From: a virus
Taxonomy: Duplodnaviria; Caudoviricetes
IMG/VR virus record: IMGVR_UViG_3300037047_000246
Length of the DNA: 64,000 nucleotides
Strand: one strand, 5' to 3'
A program made the position numbers and the translations under genes. Under the pieces are notes generated by a model. The model saw only the letters and a program-made list of their open reading frames with translations. It was not told the origin of the DNA and ran no database searches. Positions 19,128 through 28,500 of the stretch are shown piece by piece (position 1 is the stretch's first letter; each line of letters starts with the position of its first letter).

Positions 19128-19213
19128 TGCCACCGGAGGGGGTTGAACCCTAGTACTCGCTAAGGAGCCGGCGGTTCTGAGCCGCCGACATATGACAATT
19201 CCATCACGGTGGC
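19128..19213 (-). tRNA. tRNA-Leu (CAG)
   Basis: GCCACCG/CGGTGGC acceptor, GGCGG-CTCAGAA-CCGCC anticodon arm, long variable arm, GGTTCAAC T-loop. Confidence 0.88.
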
Positions 19214-19234
19214 GTTTTTGTATTTTTGCAAATC

Positions 19235-19786
19235 ATGAAGCAAAAACTGCTGCTTGACATTGACGGCGTCCTGACTGACTTCCACTCCGCTGTGGCTAAA
19301 ATAGCTACAATGGGCGGGTTCCCAGTTACGTCTGCTGAAATGTGCGAGTGGGAGATAGGAACTTCGTTGCGCCGAATCGGTGCACCGGAGAATATTGTAG
19401 ATCTGTGTCTCAACGCCATGGCGTTTTCCGGGTTTAACGCTTCGCTCGAGCCATGCGTATCGGCGCTCAAATGGCTGCCTGATGTCCGGCGCGCAGCCGA
19501 TGTGATGTTCGTCACTTCACCAAACTCCAAATGCTCAACTTGGATCTCGGAGCGCGTGGCCTGGATGCGCAAATACTTTGACGTGGAGCCTCAAGACATC
19601 CGGTTCGCCAGCGACAAGTCAACTATAAACGGAGACTTGTTCGTCGACGATTGTCCTGAGAACGTCGCCGCTTGGCAGTTGGCGCATCCTAGCAGGTCAG
19701 CACTGTTGTGGGGCAGACCGTACAATAAGTCGCCAGGTCTTCCGAAAGTCTGCTCGTGGGAGGATTTACTGTCGAAGTTGACCTAA
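19235..19786 (+). CDS. 5'(3')-deoxyribonucleotidase (HAD, NT5C-like)
   Basis: LLLDIDGVLTDF (DxDxV), FVTSP, FVDDCPEN. Confidence 0.85.
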   Translation: MKQKLLLDIDGVLTDFHSAVAKIATMGGFPVTSAEMCEWEIGTSLRRIGAPENIVDLCLNAMAFSGFNASLEPCVSALKWLPDVRRAADVMFVTSPNSKCSTWISERVAWMRKYFDVEPQDIRFASDKSTINGDLFVDDCPENVAAWQLAHPSRSALLWGRPYNKSPGLPKVCSWEDLLSKLT

Positions 19787-19806
19787 GATCAGACTAGTGA
19801 CTTAGG
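19782..19806. terminator. hairpin between convergent genes, possible bidirectional terminator
   Basis: CCTAAG-A-TCA-GACTAG-TGA-CTTAGG; no clear U-tract. Confidence 0.35.
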
Positions 19807-19841
19807 TAGTGTGGCTCCAACTGCATCGAACGCGGCTCTTT

Positions 19842-20267
19842 TCAGTCCAAAAATTCAGGATCCCACTCGAGCATAGACCGAAGTCTTTCAACAGATACTT
19901 CGCTGCCGCTCCACCATTCAACATCCCAGTCAGGCCCAGGATCTGTGACCAACGACACAGTGATATTTTGAATTTGGTCAAGCACTTCCTGCTCGGACAA
20001 CTGAGGATACTGCGGCCAGTCGCTTCGCATTCTCTCGACGGCAGCGACGCTGAACGGGATCAGCACGTATTTCCCGTTCGTCATCCGAATCAAGTATCGA
20101 TCTGGGCGCGTGACCTTAAGACTACCCCTACCTCTGCAACGCGGACAATCGTACAAGCCTGGGCCGAATCCAGTCCCTCGGCACGATTTGCACTGATCTG
20201 GATCTGATGATGGAACAGCTGCCACCCTGGCAGCAATGCGTATAATTTTGTCCATGATTTTGTCCAT
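19842..20267 (-). CDS. RIAARVA-motif protein with CxxCxGxG finger
   Basis: MDKIMDKIIRIAARVAA; CKSCRGTG, CPRCRGRG. Confidence 0.65.
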   Translation of the reverse strand: MDKIMDKIIRIAARVAAVPSSDPDQCKSCRGTGFGPGLYDCPRCRGRGSLKVTRPDRYLIRMTNGKYVLIPFSVAAVERMRSDWPQYPQLSEQEVLDQIQNITVSLVTDPGPDWDVEWWSGSEVSVERLRSMLEWDPEFLD

Positions 20268-20275
20268 GTTGCTAA

Positions 20276-20767
20276 GTGACAAAAAAAAAAATCCATACCG
20301 CCGCCGACTGGGTCGTAAATGCGATGCCTGCGCAAGTAGCCAAACCCATGGGTCCGAGACCTTCCACTCGCTTTGGGCGTTCAAGCAAACAACGCGGCAA
20401 GTCTTGCACGCCAGAGTGGTCCAAAGAAGGGTGCAAGATATTCGCCACTGTAGAAGGGATGCTGCGAGCCATAATCGGATACATACATGGCACCGGACGC
20501 ACGCTGGTGCCGCACGAGTTCGACGTGAAATGTGTCGCGTATTCTGGATTTCGAGACCCGGTCAACAACCGCAGGTGGGCCGTCAGCTCCTGGAGTGTTA
20601 AACCAGTGTTCAGCCGTCCGGAATGCGACGAGCTGCCGGACGAGTCGGACCTTGGCTTCATTCATTTTGCGATGTGCACCATGGCGGGCAAGAGACGCTT
20701 GATCCAGCTTGCTGCGGGCAAGGAACTCGACGGCCTGCTAGCCATGCGCAAAGTGATGGCCGAATGA
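20276..20767 (+). CDS. hypothetical protein with tag (VMAE)
   Basis: Ends LLAMRKVMAE; start uncertain (probably ATG 20324). Confidence 0.6.
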   Translation: MTKKKIHTAADWVVNAMPAQVAKPMGPRPSTRFGRSSKQRGKSCTPEWSKEGCKIFATVEGMLRAIIGYIHGTGRTLVPHEFDVKCVAYSGFRDPVNNRRWAVSSWSVKPVFSRPECDELPDESDLGFIHFAMCTMAGKRRLIQLAAGKELDGLLAMRKVMAE

Positions 20768-21019
20768 GCATGACCTGGATGCTGCGGCACGATCCGCCAC
20801 CTCACATCAAACACGAGGTCGGCATGGAGGCGCTTGCCCGCATAAGCGAATTCTGCCAGGCTTCAGATAAACGCGCAATGCGGGCAAAGGAGCAGGCGTT
20901 TCTGCGCGCGCTCAGCGACTGGGCGTTCTACGCTTTGGCGCGCAACAAATCTCAAGCCGCTCAGCATTCCAAAGAAATGCTGAGACTCTCTTCCGGGAAA
21001 TGACGCCTGAGACCTTTAT

Positions 21020-21364
21020 TCAACGCGCATCGAACCACACATACTCGTAATCGAACGTGATTTCGTCGCCGGCCCGAATAGGCCGCAAAGCTTCAAGAAA
21101 CACGGTGTGCGTGCTGTAGTCGCGCATCAGATCGCAGTTTGGGCTGTCCGAATGATTGGCAAACGAAATGGGGCCGAATGCGACCGCCGCGTGCTCGTCG
21201 TCCCACCAAAACATGTAGTCGCCGATTGGCGTTTGCTCCACTATTTTTTCTTGGTCATTGGTGACCACCAAGACGTGCGCCCGCTCAACCACTTCGCCAG
21301 CTGCGAAGTCCTTGTGCGCGAATAGTCCGCGCCTATCTATGGACGAATAACCGACCTGGTTCAT
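21020..21364 (-). CDS. SET domain protein (lysine methyltransferase fold)
   Basis: RGLFA...AGEVV, FANHSDSPNC, ALRPIRAGDEITFDY. Confidence 0.88.
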   Translation of the reverse strand: MNQVGYSSIDRRGLFAHKDFAAGEVVERAHVLVVTNDQEKIVEQTPIGDYMFWWDDEHAAVAFGPISFANHSDSPNCDLMRDYSTHTVFLEALRPIRAGDEITFDYEYVWFDAR

Positions 21365-22185
21365 TTGCAGCAGTTCCTGGAGCTCCAGTAGATCAGCTGG
21401 CGACTAACGCATTTGCAAGGCTTGCGCAGCTGCTGTTCGACGGCAGCTGCCGTCGCATGCCCCGCAGAAGCCGGAGCAAGTCCCTGGTCAGAAACTGGAA
21501 AAGGCAGCTCGAGCTGCACTGACTCTGGCGTCAATTTGTCGTCCATGGCCCACTTTACGCGCCAAGCGCGTTCGTTTGCACGGATTGAAGTGTAACTGAC
21601 AGCATGAAGGCTGAAGAGATCATTGAAGAGGCGTTAACTGCTGCGCAGAACAGAGGCATCAAAATCGTCCGCGGCGCCATATTCGACTGGCGCGACAACG
21701 CAGACCCGAGTCGGAGAGGCAAAATGCCGTGTGCTTGCAACGCCGTCGGAGCCGTTCTGCTTCACTTTGGCATGCAAGACTTGGCGCGCGGAGGATTTAG
21801 CGAAGGATGGATAGAAAAACTTTGCGGATCTCTGGGGACAACTTGGCCCTGGCTTTGGAGGTTCATTCACGGCTGGGACTACGGAAGCTGTCTTACAGTT
21901 ACCTACATGGAAAAGGGCAAGGAGCGCACGGCACACGACGAGACTTCCAGGGATGCTAACCGCCTTGCGCTTGAGTGGGCGAGAAGGGCGAACGCGGCGC
22001 CGCTGCATGCAGCGGCGCCGGAAGACCAGGGAAGGTAGTTTCCTGGCCTCCGCAATCAGACAGGGCGCACCAGGCCGCACCCTGTCGCCAAGCCTTAGGA
22101 AGACCCCTCCCTGTGTCAGGACGACCCCGGCTGCACCGCTACACAGGAGTGCACCAGTACGCAAGCTTTTGTTCCATGCATTTGC

Positions 22186-22611
22186 ATGAATCACCTAGCG
22201 GCGCGTCAGCGCGAATCTAACAAGCGTTGGGACTACACTTGCAAAAGAGACGGGATGGTGTGGCCGATCGGGTATTGCGCCGGATGGCGAGAGCCGCAGC
22301 CGGGGCTGCTGACTCCGGAGCAGGCCAGCCAGTGGTTGGCCCAATCACTGCCCCACAAAGACAAGTTCCATACGGACGGTCACGACACTGAAGCCGAAGC
22401 TTGCGAATGCTACAAAAGGTATTTGCTTGATTTCGACTTGAGACTCTGCGGGGAAGCCATCAACATGCAGCGAAAATGTGCCGTGTGCTCGACTTGGACG
22501 TCAAAATATGCTCAGCTAGGATACCAGACGTGGTTCTTGTGCGAGGAGCACAGAACCAGAGACCAGGTGGAGAAGCTTTGCACGTCGCCAGGACAGTGTT
22601 GGGAAGGATGA
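22186..22611 (+). CDS. phage-type Cys/His-rich hypothetical protein
   Basis: WDYTC..PIGYC..HDTEAEACECYKRYLLD..CAVC..LCEEH. Confidence 0.7.
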   Translation: MNHLAARQRESNKRWDYTCKRDGMVWPIGYCAGWREPQPGLLTPEQASQWLAQSLPHKDKFHTDGHDTEAEACECYKRYLLDFDLRLCGEAINMQRKCAVCSTWTSKYAQLGYQTWFLCEEHRTRDQVEKLCTSPGQCWEG

Positions 22612-22647
22612 CTTGTGAGGCCAGGTTTTTAATGATCGGCGGCTTGC

Positions 22648-23220
22648 ATGAGCACCCTGGAGCCTGCGAATGCTGCGTCGCTAGCGAAATTTGTCAGAAT
22701 AGCAGCGCGCATCGCCGGAGTGCGTGTAGCAACTGCTCCCCGCGGAGAGTCATTTGACCTGACCAGGCATGTGACGCAGTTCCAGGTTTCCCATTCTAAG
22801 CTTCCGGACGATCTCAAAACCGAGTTCGTCAACACCCTGGCCAAAAAAGAGCGCGTGCAGGAGCTGTTCGTGAAGTATGCTCGGTCGCTGCGGGACTCCG
22901 ATCTCAAACAGTTGGAGTACGCACAAAAAGGCTTGGTGCACTCGCTTCAGTCACTGATGCGCATAGCCGAAAACAACATGATCCGGTGGGTGCTGCGGTT
23001 CGACGCCGCACTGACTCGCATAGAGCGATTCGATCCTGCTCTGGTTTATGAATCCGACCTGTGGCACGTGGACATTTGGGTGCAGCATGTGCACGAGCTC
23101 GTCACAGCGCTGTTTCTGGCATGTGGCGGCAGAACCGGAGACGAAGTGCCGACTGAGCTGTGGCAGCCGGAGTGGGGCGACCAAGGCCCTGCCGAAGTGA
23201 CAGAGGCAGATTTCAGCTGA
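22648..23220 (+). CDS. hypothetical protein with RIAARIA motif
   Basis: LAKFVRIAARIAGVRVA. Confidence 0.7.
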   Translation: MSTLEPANAASLAKFVRIAARIAGVRVATAPRGESFDLTRHVTQFQVSHSKLPDDLKTEFVNTLAKKERVQELFVKYARSLRDSDLKQLEYAQKGLVHSLQSLMRIAENNMIRWVLRFDAALTRIERFDPALVYESDLWHVDIWVQHVHELVTALFLACGGRTGDEVPTELWQPEWGDQGPAEVTEADFS

Positions 23221-24271
23221 CGTCGTGCACGCCGTTTTCCCTGATGCCTGCAGCAGTGACTCTAACGAATCGAGCTCGCCGCTGCAGCTCTTTGATGTTG
23301 GCAGCCCCAACATACCCCATGCCGGACCGCAGGCCTCCAACCAGCTGATGCAGAACCGCTGACAACGGGCCTACGTACGGCACTTTGGCCTCCACGCCTT
23401 CAGGCACAAGCTTGTCTGCCGACACGCCAGATTGCCCATAACGATCTTTGGACCCTCGCTCCATGGCGCCGACAGATCCCATGCCTCGGTACACCTTCCA
23501 GCGCCGGTCCATAAGCTCGCCAGGCGCCTCGTCAGTGCCAGCCAGAAGAGAGCCGATCATGACTGCATCGGCGCCGGCGGCAAGAGCTTTGACGATGTCT
23601 CCAGAATTCCTGATTCCGCCGTCTGCCACGATGGAGACGTCGTGTTTGTCAGCTTCCTCGGCGCAGTCTGCCACAGCGGTGAACTGAGGCATGCCGCAGC
23701 CAGACACTAGACGGGTGGTGCAAATCGTGCCTGGCCCCTGGCCAATTTTGACGATGTCTGCGCCAGACTCCACCAAGGCTCTCACAGCAACGGCGGTCGA
23801 CACATTTCCAGCCATGATCTTCATCTTCGGGTACTTTGCCTTGATGTCGCTCACTGCTCGAAGAACGTTGACGGAGTGACCGTGCGCCGAATCTACAACT
23901 GCAAGGTTGACGAACCGTTCGCATTCGCCCAGGCGCTGTTCCCAGTCCCGAACCCCAACCGCCACAGCGGCTGTGGGGAAATGCGTTGAACCTTTGGCCG
24001 CATGCGCCCCAAGCGCCTTCCTTGCTTTCCTGATTTCGGCCGCTTGCTCGGCGGGGCTCAGGTTCTTGTGCACCACGCCGCACCCGCCCGCTCTGGCCAT
24101 GGCCGCCGCCATGGCTGCCTCGGTCACAGTGTCCATTGCGGCGCTTAGAATGGGAATTGCAAGTTTGAGTCCGGACAAGCTGGTGCCGCAGTCAACATCT
24201 GCTGGCACAACGCTGCTCAGCTGCGGGATCAAGAGCACATCGTCAAAGGTGAGGCATTCGCGAAGTTCCAT
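23213..24271 (-). CDS. guaB: IMP dehydrogenase lacking CBS domains
   Basis: [30 protein letters not shown] (catalytic Cys loop), ADGGI, YRGMGS, PEGVE; TAAGGT 5 nt before the ATG; GMP reductase not excluded. Confidence 0.92.
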   Translation of the reverse strand: MELRECLTFDDVLLIPQLSSVVPADVDCGTSLSGLKLAIPILSAAMDTVTEAAMAAAMARAGGCGVVHKNLSPAEQAAEIRKARKALGAHAAKGSTHFPTAAVAVGVRDWEQRLGECERFVNLAVVDSAHGHSVNVLRAVSDIKAKYPKMKIMAGNVSTAVAVRALVESGADIVKIGQGPGTICTTRLVSGCGMPQFTAVADCAEEADKHDVSIVADGGIRNSGDIVKALAAGADAVMIGSLLAGTDEAPGELMDRRWKVYRGMGSVGAMERGSKDRYGQSGVSADKLVPEGVEAKVPYVGPLSAVLHQLVGGLRSGMGYVGAANIKELQRRARFVRVTAAGIRENGVHDVS

Positions 24272-24431
24272 GGCACACCTTACCGTTGGCGTTTCTGGCG
24301 CGCCACCTCGCGCAAACAAATCTTACATAGAATTCTAGGCTTGCCGTCTATGTCGTTTGGAGGTACCAAACCATGGACACGGCAAAGTTTACTAACCCCA
24401 GCGTCTGTCGAGAGCTGGTCTCATAGGAAAA

Positions 24432-24662
24432 CTATTCCTCCATCGTCCATTCCACAGCGGCGTGCGGGCAGATGTCATCGCGCGTCACTGGCGACGCCAT
24501 GTCAAACCTTCGGCCACACTTCTTGCACACGAACTCGTCACTTGAAAAGTCGCAGTCGCACTCGTGTCCGACGCCAGCCAAATCGAGCACGCGCCACACA
24601 CGCTCATCCTCTTTGGCCTGAATTGCCACGAATCCCGCCAATTTCTTGCACTCAACAGCCAT
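24432..24662 (-). CDS. Zn-ribbon protein with tag (TMEE)
   Basis: GHEC..FVCKKCG..ICPHAAVEWTMEE. Confidence 0.6.
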   Translation of the reverse strand: MAVECKKLAGFVAIQAKEDERVWRVLDLAGVGHECDCDFSSDEFVCKKCGRRFDMASPVTRDDICPHAAVEWTMEE

Positions 24663-24914
24663 AACGCCTCCGAGTACCAGCGCCCATCGTCAACGCCGCT
24701 TGAAGGTCTCCGAAACTTCTTCAGCTTCTTGAATGCTGTCCGCAAATGCTTGCCATCCGTCCTCGCAGGGGCAGCGCCGATGCATGCCTCTAGTTTGGGC
24801 CAACCAAGCCTCGCAAGAGCTTAGATTGGAAGGGTGGGCGTGGAAAGCTTCGGAGGCTTTGCCCCTCGCCTCCAGCTCAATACTGAGTTCGGTTTTTGCT
24901 CCCATGATGGAAGC

Positions 24915-25499
24915 TTACAGCAGCTCCGGATGCGCCGCAATGAGTCTGAACAGCGCCGAATGCGTGAACGGATGCGAGATTCGACCGTCCAAGCACATTT
25001 GCACAGCTTCGGAGAGGGGCACCAGTACAACCTCTATCTCTTCGCCAACATCCGGGTTTGCGGCTCCACCGGACTTCGCTGCTGAAGCGCAGAGCGCAGC
25101 CATCATACGAACCGAGTTGGTGTTGATCGCCGGATTGGCAAAAGCAGAACCTAAGGACTCCCATTTTGCAGATGCATATCCGGTTTCCTCAGACAGCTCC
25201 CTGGGGCCTGCCTGCTCTGGCGTCTCCCCATCGTCGATTGTTCCTCCAGGAAGCTCCAACACAAACCGTTGCACGCCGTGGCGCCACTGGCGCACTAGCA
25301 CAAGCTGCCTTTGCTCTGTCACGGCAGCAACATGCACCCAGTCAGGATACTGCAGCACAGTGAACTCTTTTTGGTATCCTGTGGCTTGTGATCTGGCCAA
25401 TCGACCAATCACTGACACAACGCTGTTGGCGAACCTAACGCAGTCACCAAGGCTGTCCCAGGGAGGCAGCGCTGCAGTCAGAGCTTCTTTGACATTCAT
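24915..25499 (-). CDS. Nudix hydrolase (ADP-ribose pyrophosphatase-like)
   Basis: Intact Nudix box GGTIDDGETPEQAGPRELSEETGY. Confidence 0.92.
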   Translation of the reverse strand: MNVKEALTAALPPWDSLGDCVRFANSVVSVIGRLARSQATGYQKEFTVLQYPDWVHVAAVTEQRQLVLVRQWRHGVQRFVLELPGGTIDDGETPEQAGPRELSEETGYASAKWESLGSAFANPAINTNSVRMMAALCASAAKSGGAANPDVGEEIEVVLVPLSEAVQMCLDGRISHPFTHSALFRLIAAHPELL

Positions 25500-25548
25500 T
25501 CCAAACTAGAAGAACAAAGGCCCATGGCCGAGCAGGTCGACAGCTTCT

Positions 25549-28500
25549 CTACGCTTTCAGCAGCGCAATTTCTGCCTGGAGCTGCCGGACCAAGTCGGAC
25601 AGCTCCTGCACGGCCCGCACCGTGACGGCCAGCACGTGCTCCGGCTTGTACGTCCAGTCTTCTTCCCGCTCCGAGTCCACATACCCGATGTCGAGCCCGC
25701 ACGACTCGACCGCCGTCTTGACCTCGTCGGCGATGAACCCGGCCTGCGTCCTCTTGTTGTGCGTCTGCATCATCTCTTCGCGGTCGCGCCACTGGTAGAA
25801 CACCGGCCGGAGCGCGCGCACGACCTGCAGCGACAGCGCGCCCGGGATAGGTGCGATGTCGGTCTTGAGCACGCGGGACGACCACGCGGTGATGGTCTGG
25901 GCGCGCAGATGGTAGGCGGTGCCGCCGTTGTCGCCGCCGATCCAAAACTCGCCCGACGGGGGAGCGGCGGTCGGCTGGCTGGGCGATATCTGCCCCGAGT
26001 TGGCGTTCGTCGTCACGACGCTCCGACCGATCGCGATCTGGTTGTCCGCAGTGGCCGCCGCGTCCGCACCCAGGCCGATGCACACGTTGCAGACGCCGCT
26101 CGTCACGCTGTCGCCCGCCTGGTATCCCACGGCCACGTTGCCGCCAGCCGTAACGGAGGTCAGCGCCATGTAGCCGACCGCCACGTTGCCGTAGACGCTG
26201 GCCGCGCTGGCCGCGCCGGTCTCGGCGCCGATGTAGACGTTCTCGCGGCAGAAGGTGGACTGGCCGTACCCAGCACGATGGCCGACCGCCACGTTGTTGT
26301 CGCAGTTGGTGTCGTTCGCGGTGACGCGAAGGTTGTACAGCGCGCTGGGCCCCACCGCCACATTGCGTCTGGCGGTGGCGGCCGTAAGCCCGGAAGCGGC
26401 CATGGAGTACAGCGCGCCGTTGCCTATCGCGATGCAGTCCTGCGTGTTGTCGTTTGCGTTGTACAGCGTCTCGGTCCCGATGGCAATCATGCCGGAGACG
26501 ACGACCGCGCTAGACAGCGCCGACATGCCCACGACCACGTTGTTCACGCCGCCCTCGATAGCCACGCCGGCATGGCTGCCGATCGCGATGTTGTAGCCGT
26601 CGCAATCGTACGACAGCGCCTGCAGGCCGATCGCGATGGACGAAGGCGCCCCGGCTGTGGCGAACATAGCCCGGTAGCCGATGGCGATGGAGTAGCTCGC
26701 CTCCTCTACCACCTGCATGGCGCCCGTGCCGATCGCAATGTTGCTGGTTAGCGCGCCGGTTCTCTCCGCCCCGTAGCCGCACTCCTTGCCGATGAATATG
26801 TTGCTGGAGCCCGTATTGCCAATGCGGTACCCAGCCTGGTACCCGATCGCGATGTCGTACACACTGCTCACGGTGGAACCATCGACCGAGCCGCTTGCCG
26901 CCCCAAACCCGATCGCCACCACATAACTGGGTGTCTTCGTAGCCGCCTCATACCCCACGGCCACCACACCCTCAGCGGCGACTGGCGCGTATCGCATCGC
27001 GCAAAATCCGATGCTCACGTTGCCAGAACCTGATGTGACTGTTCCGGCTGAGAAGCCCCCAACGAACGCATTTCCAGTGCCTACCGTTAGCGATCCTGCT
27101 GCGGCGTTCCCAACGACGACGTTGTGGTTGCCGCTCGTGAGCTCTGCCGCCGACTGGTACCCGATCGCGATGTTCCCAGAGGCCGCGCCAGGCGTGGCGT
27201 TGCCGTACCCGGCTTGTCTGCCCAGGAAGATGTTGTCCGACCCCGCCCCGATCCGGTACCCGGCCTGGTAGCCGATCATCGTCCCGTAGGCCTGCGCGGT
27301 GCTCTTGCCGGCCTCGTGACCTACCGCCACGTTGCCGCTGTACGCGGTCAGCGAGTACAGCGACTGGATCCCGATGGCGATGTTTTGTGCGCCGCTCGTT
27401 ATCGTGTAGGCCGATTCCCGGCCGATGGCGATGTTGTCTACCCCGGTTGAGGCCGCGGTGCTGTACAGGGCCGAGTTGCCGATGGCTACACTGCCGCCCT
27501 CGGCCATATTGAATCCCGCCTGGTAGCCCACGCACACCGATCCGTACCCGGTCGAAATCTTTCCAGCACCGTAGCCGATGAAAACATTGTTGTTGGATCC
27601 GGCGATCGTTCTGCCGGCGTCCTGACCTATCGCGATGTTGCGTCCGCCGGTCGTCAGTGCCCGCAGGGCGGCGTTGCCAATGGAGACGTTGTTGTGGCCG
27701 CTCGTCAGGTTGTAGCCAGAATCGTAGCCGATGAAGACATTCTCGTAACCGCTGGTCACGCTGTACGCCGCCCGGTAGCCCAGTGCAACGTTGCTGTATG
27801 CAGTCTTGGTGACACTGTCCCCTCTCAACGCCTGATACCCGGCGGCGACGTTATAGCTGCCGCCGGGATAGTAACCGGCCTGATACCCGACCCCCACTCC
27901 GCCGCTAGTGGCGGCGTTTCGCCCAGCATCGTGCCCCACGTACGTGTTGTAGCTTTGAGCCACCAGCGAGTAACCGGTCGCCGTGCCGACTAGAACGTTT
28001 CCGGACCCGGACTGAAGCAAGTAGCCGGACTGGTAACCGATGGATACCGCGTAGCTTCCGGTGCACCCGCCGCCGCCCGTGCCTATCATGGTCTCGTGCC
28101 CAATAGCTACGTTGAAACTACCGGCGAAGTAAAAACCAGAACTCTTGCCGAAATATAGACTGTTCGCGGAAGTCGTGTAGTACCCCGCCCGATAACCCAT
28201 CAGAAACGTTTCTGTCGGAGTTGCGCCGCCGCCGCCGCCGGCCTCTTGGCCGATCACCACGTTGCCGCTCTGCGTGGTCAAGCTATAGCCTGACGAATTG
28301 CCGAGCAGAACGTTGTGGGCTCCTGAGGACAAAGAGAACCCAGACCTGTAGCCAATGGCAGTGTTGTTGTTCGACGTGGTAGTGACGTTGTTGCCGTACA
28401 GAGCTTGATACCCGATCGCAACGTTATAATCGCCATCGGGGTAGTAGCTGGCTTGATGCCCGAGACCAATGCCATAACTGGAAGATGATTCGTTTCCCGC

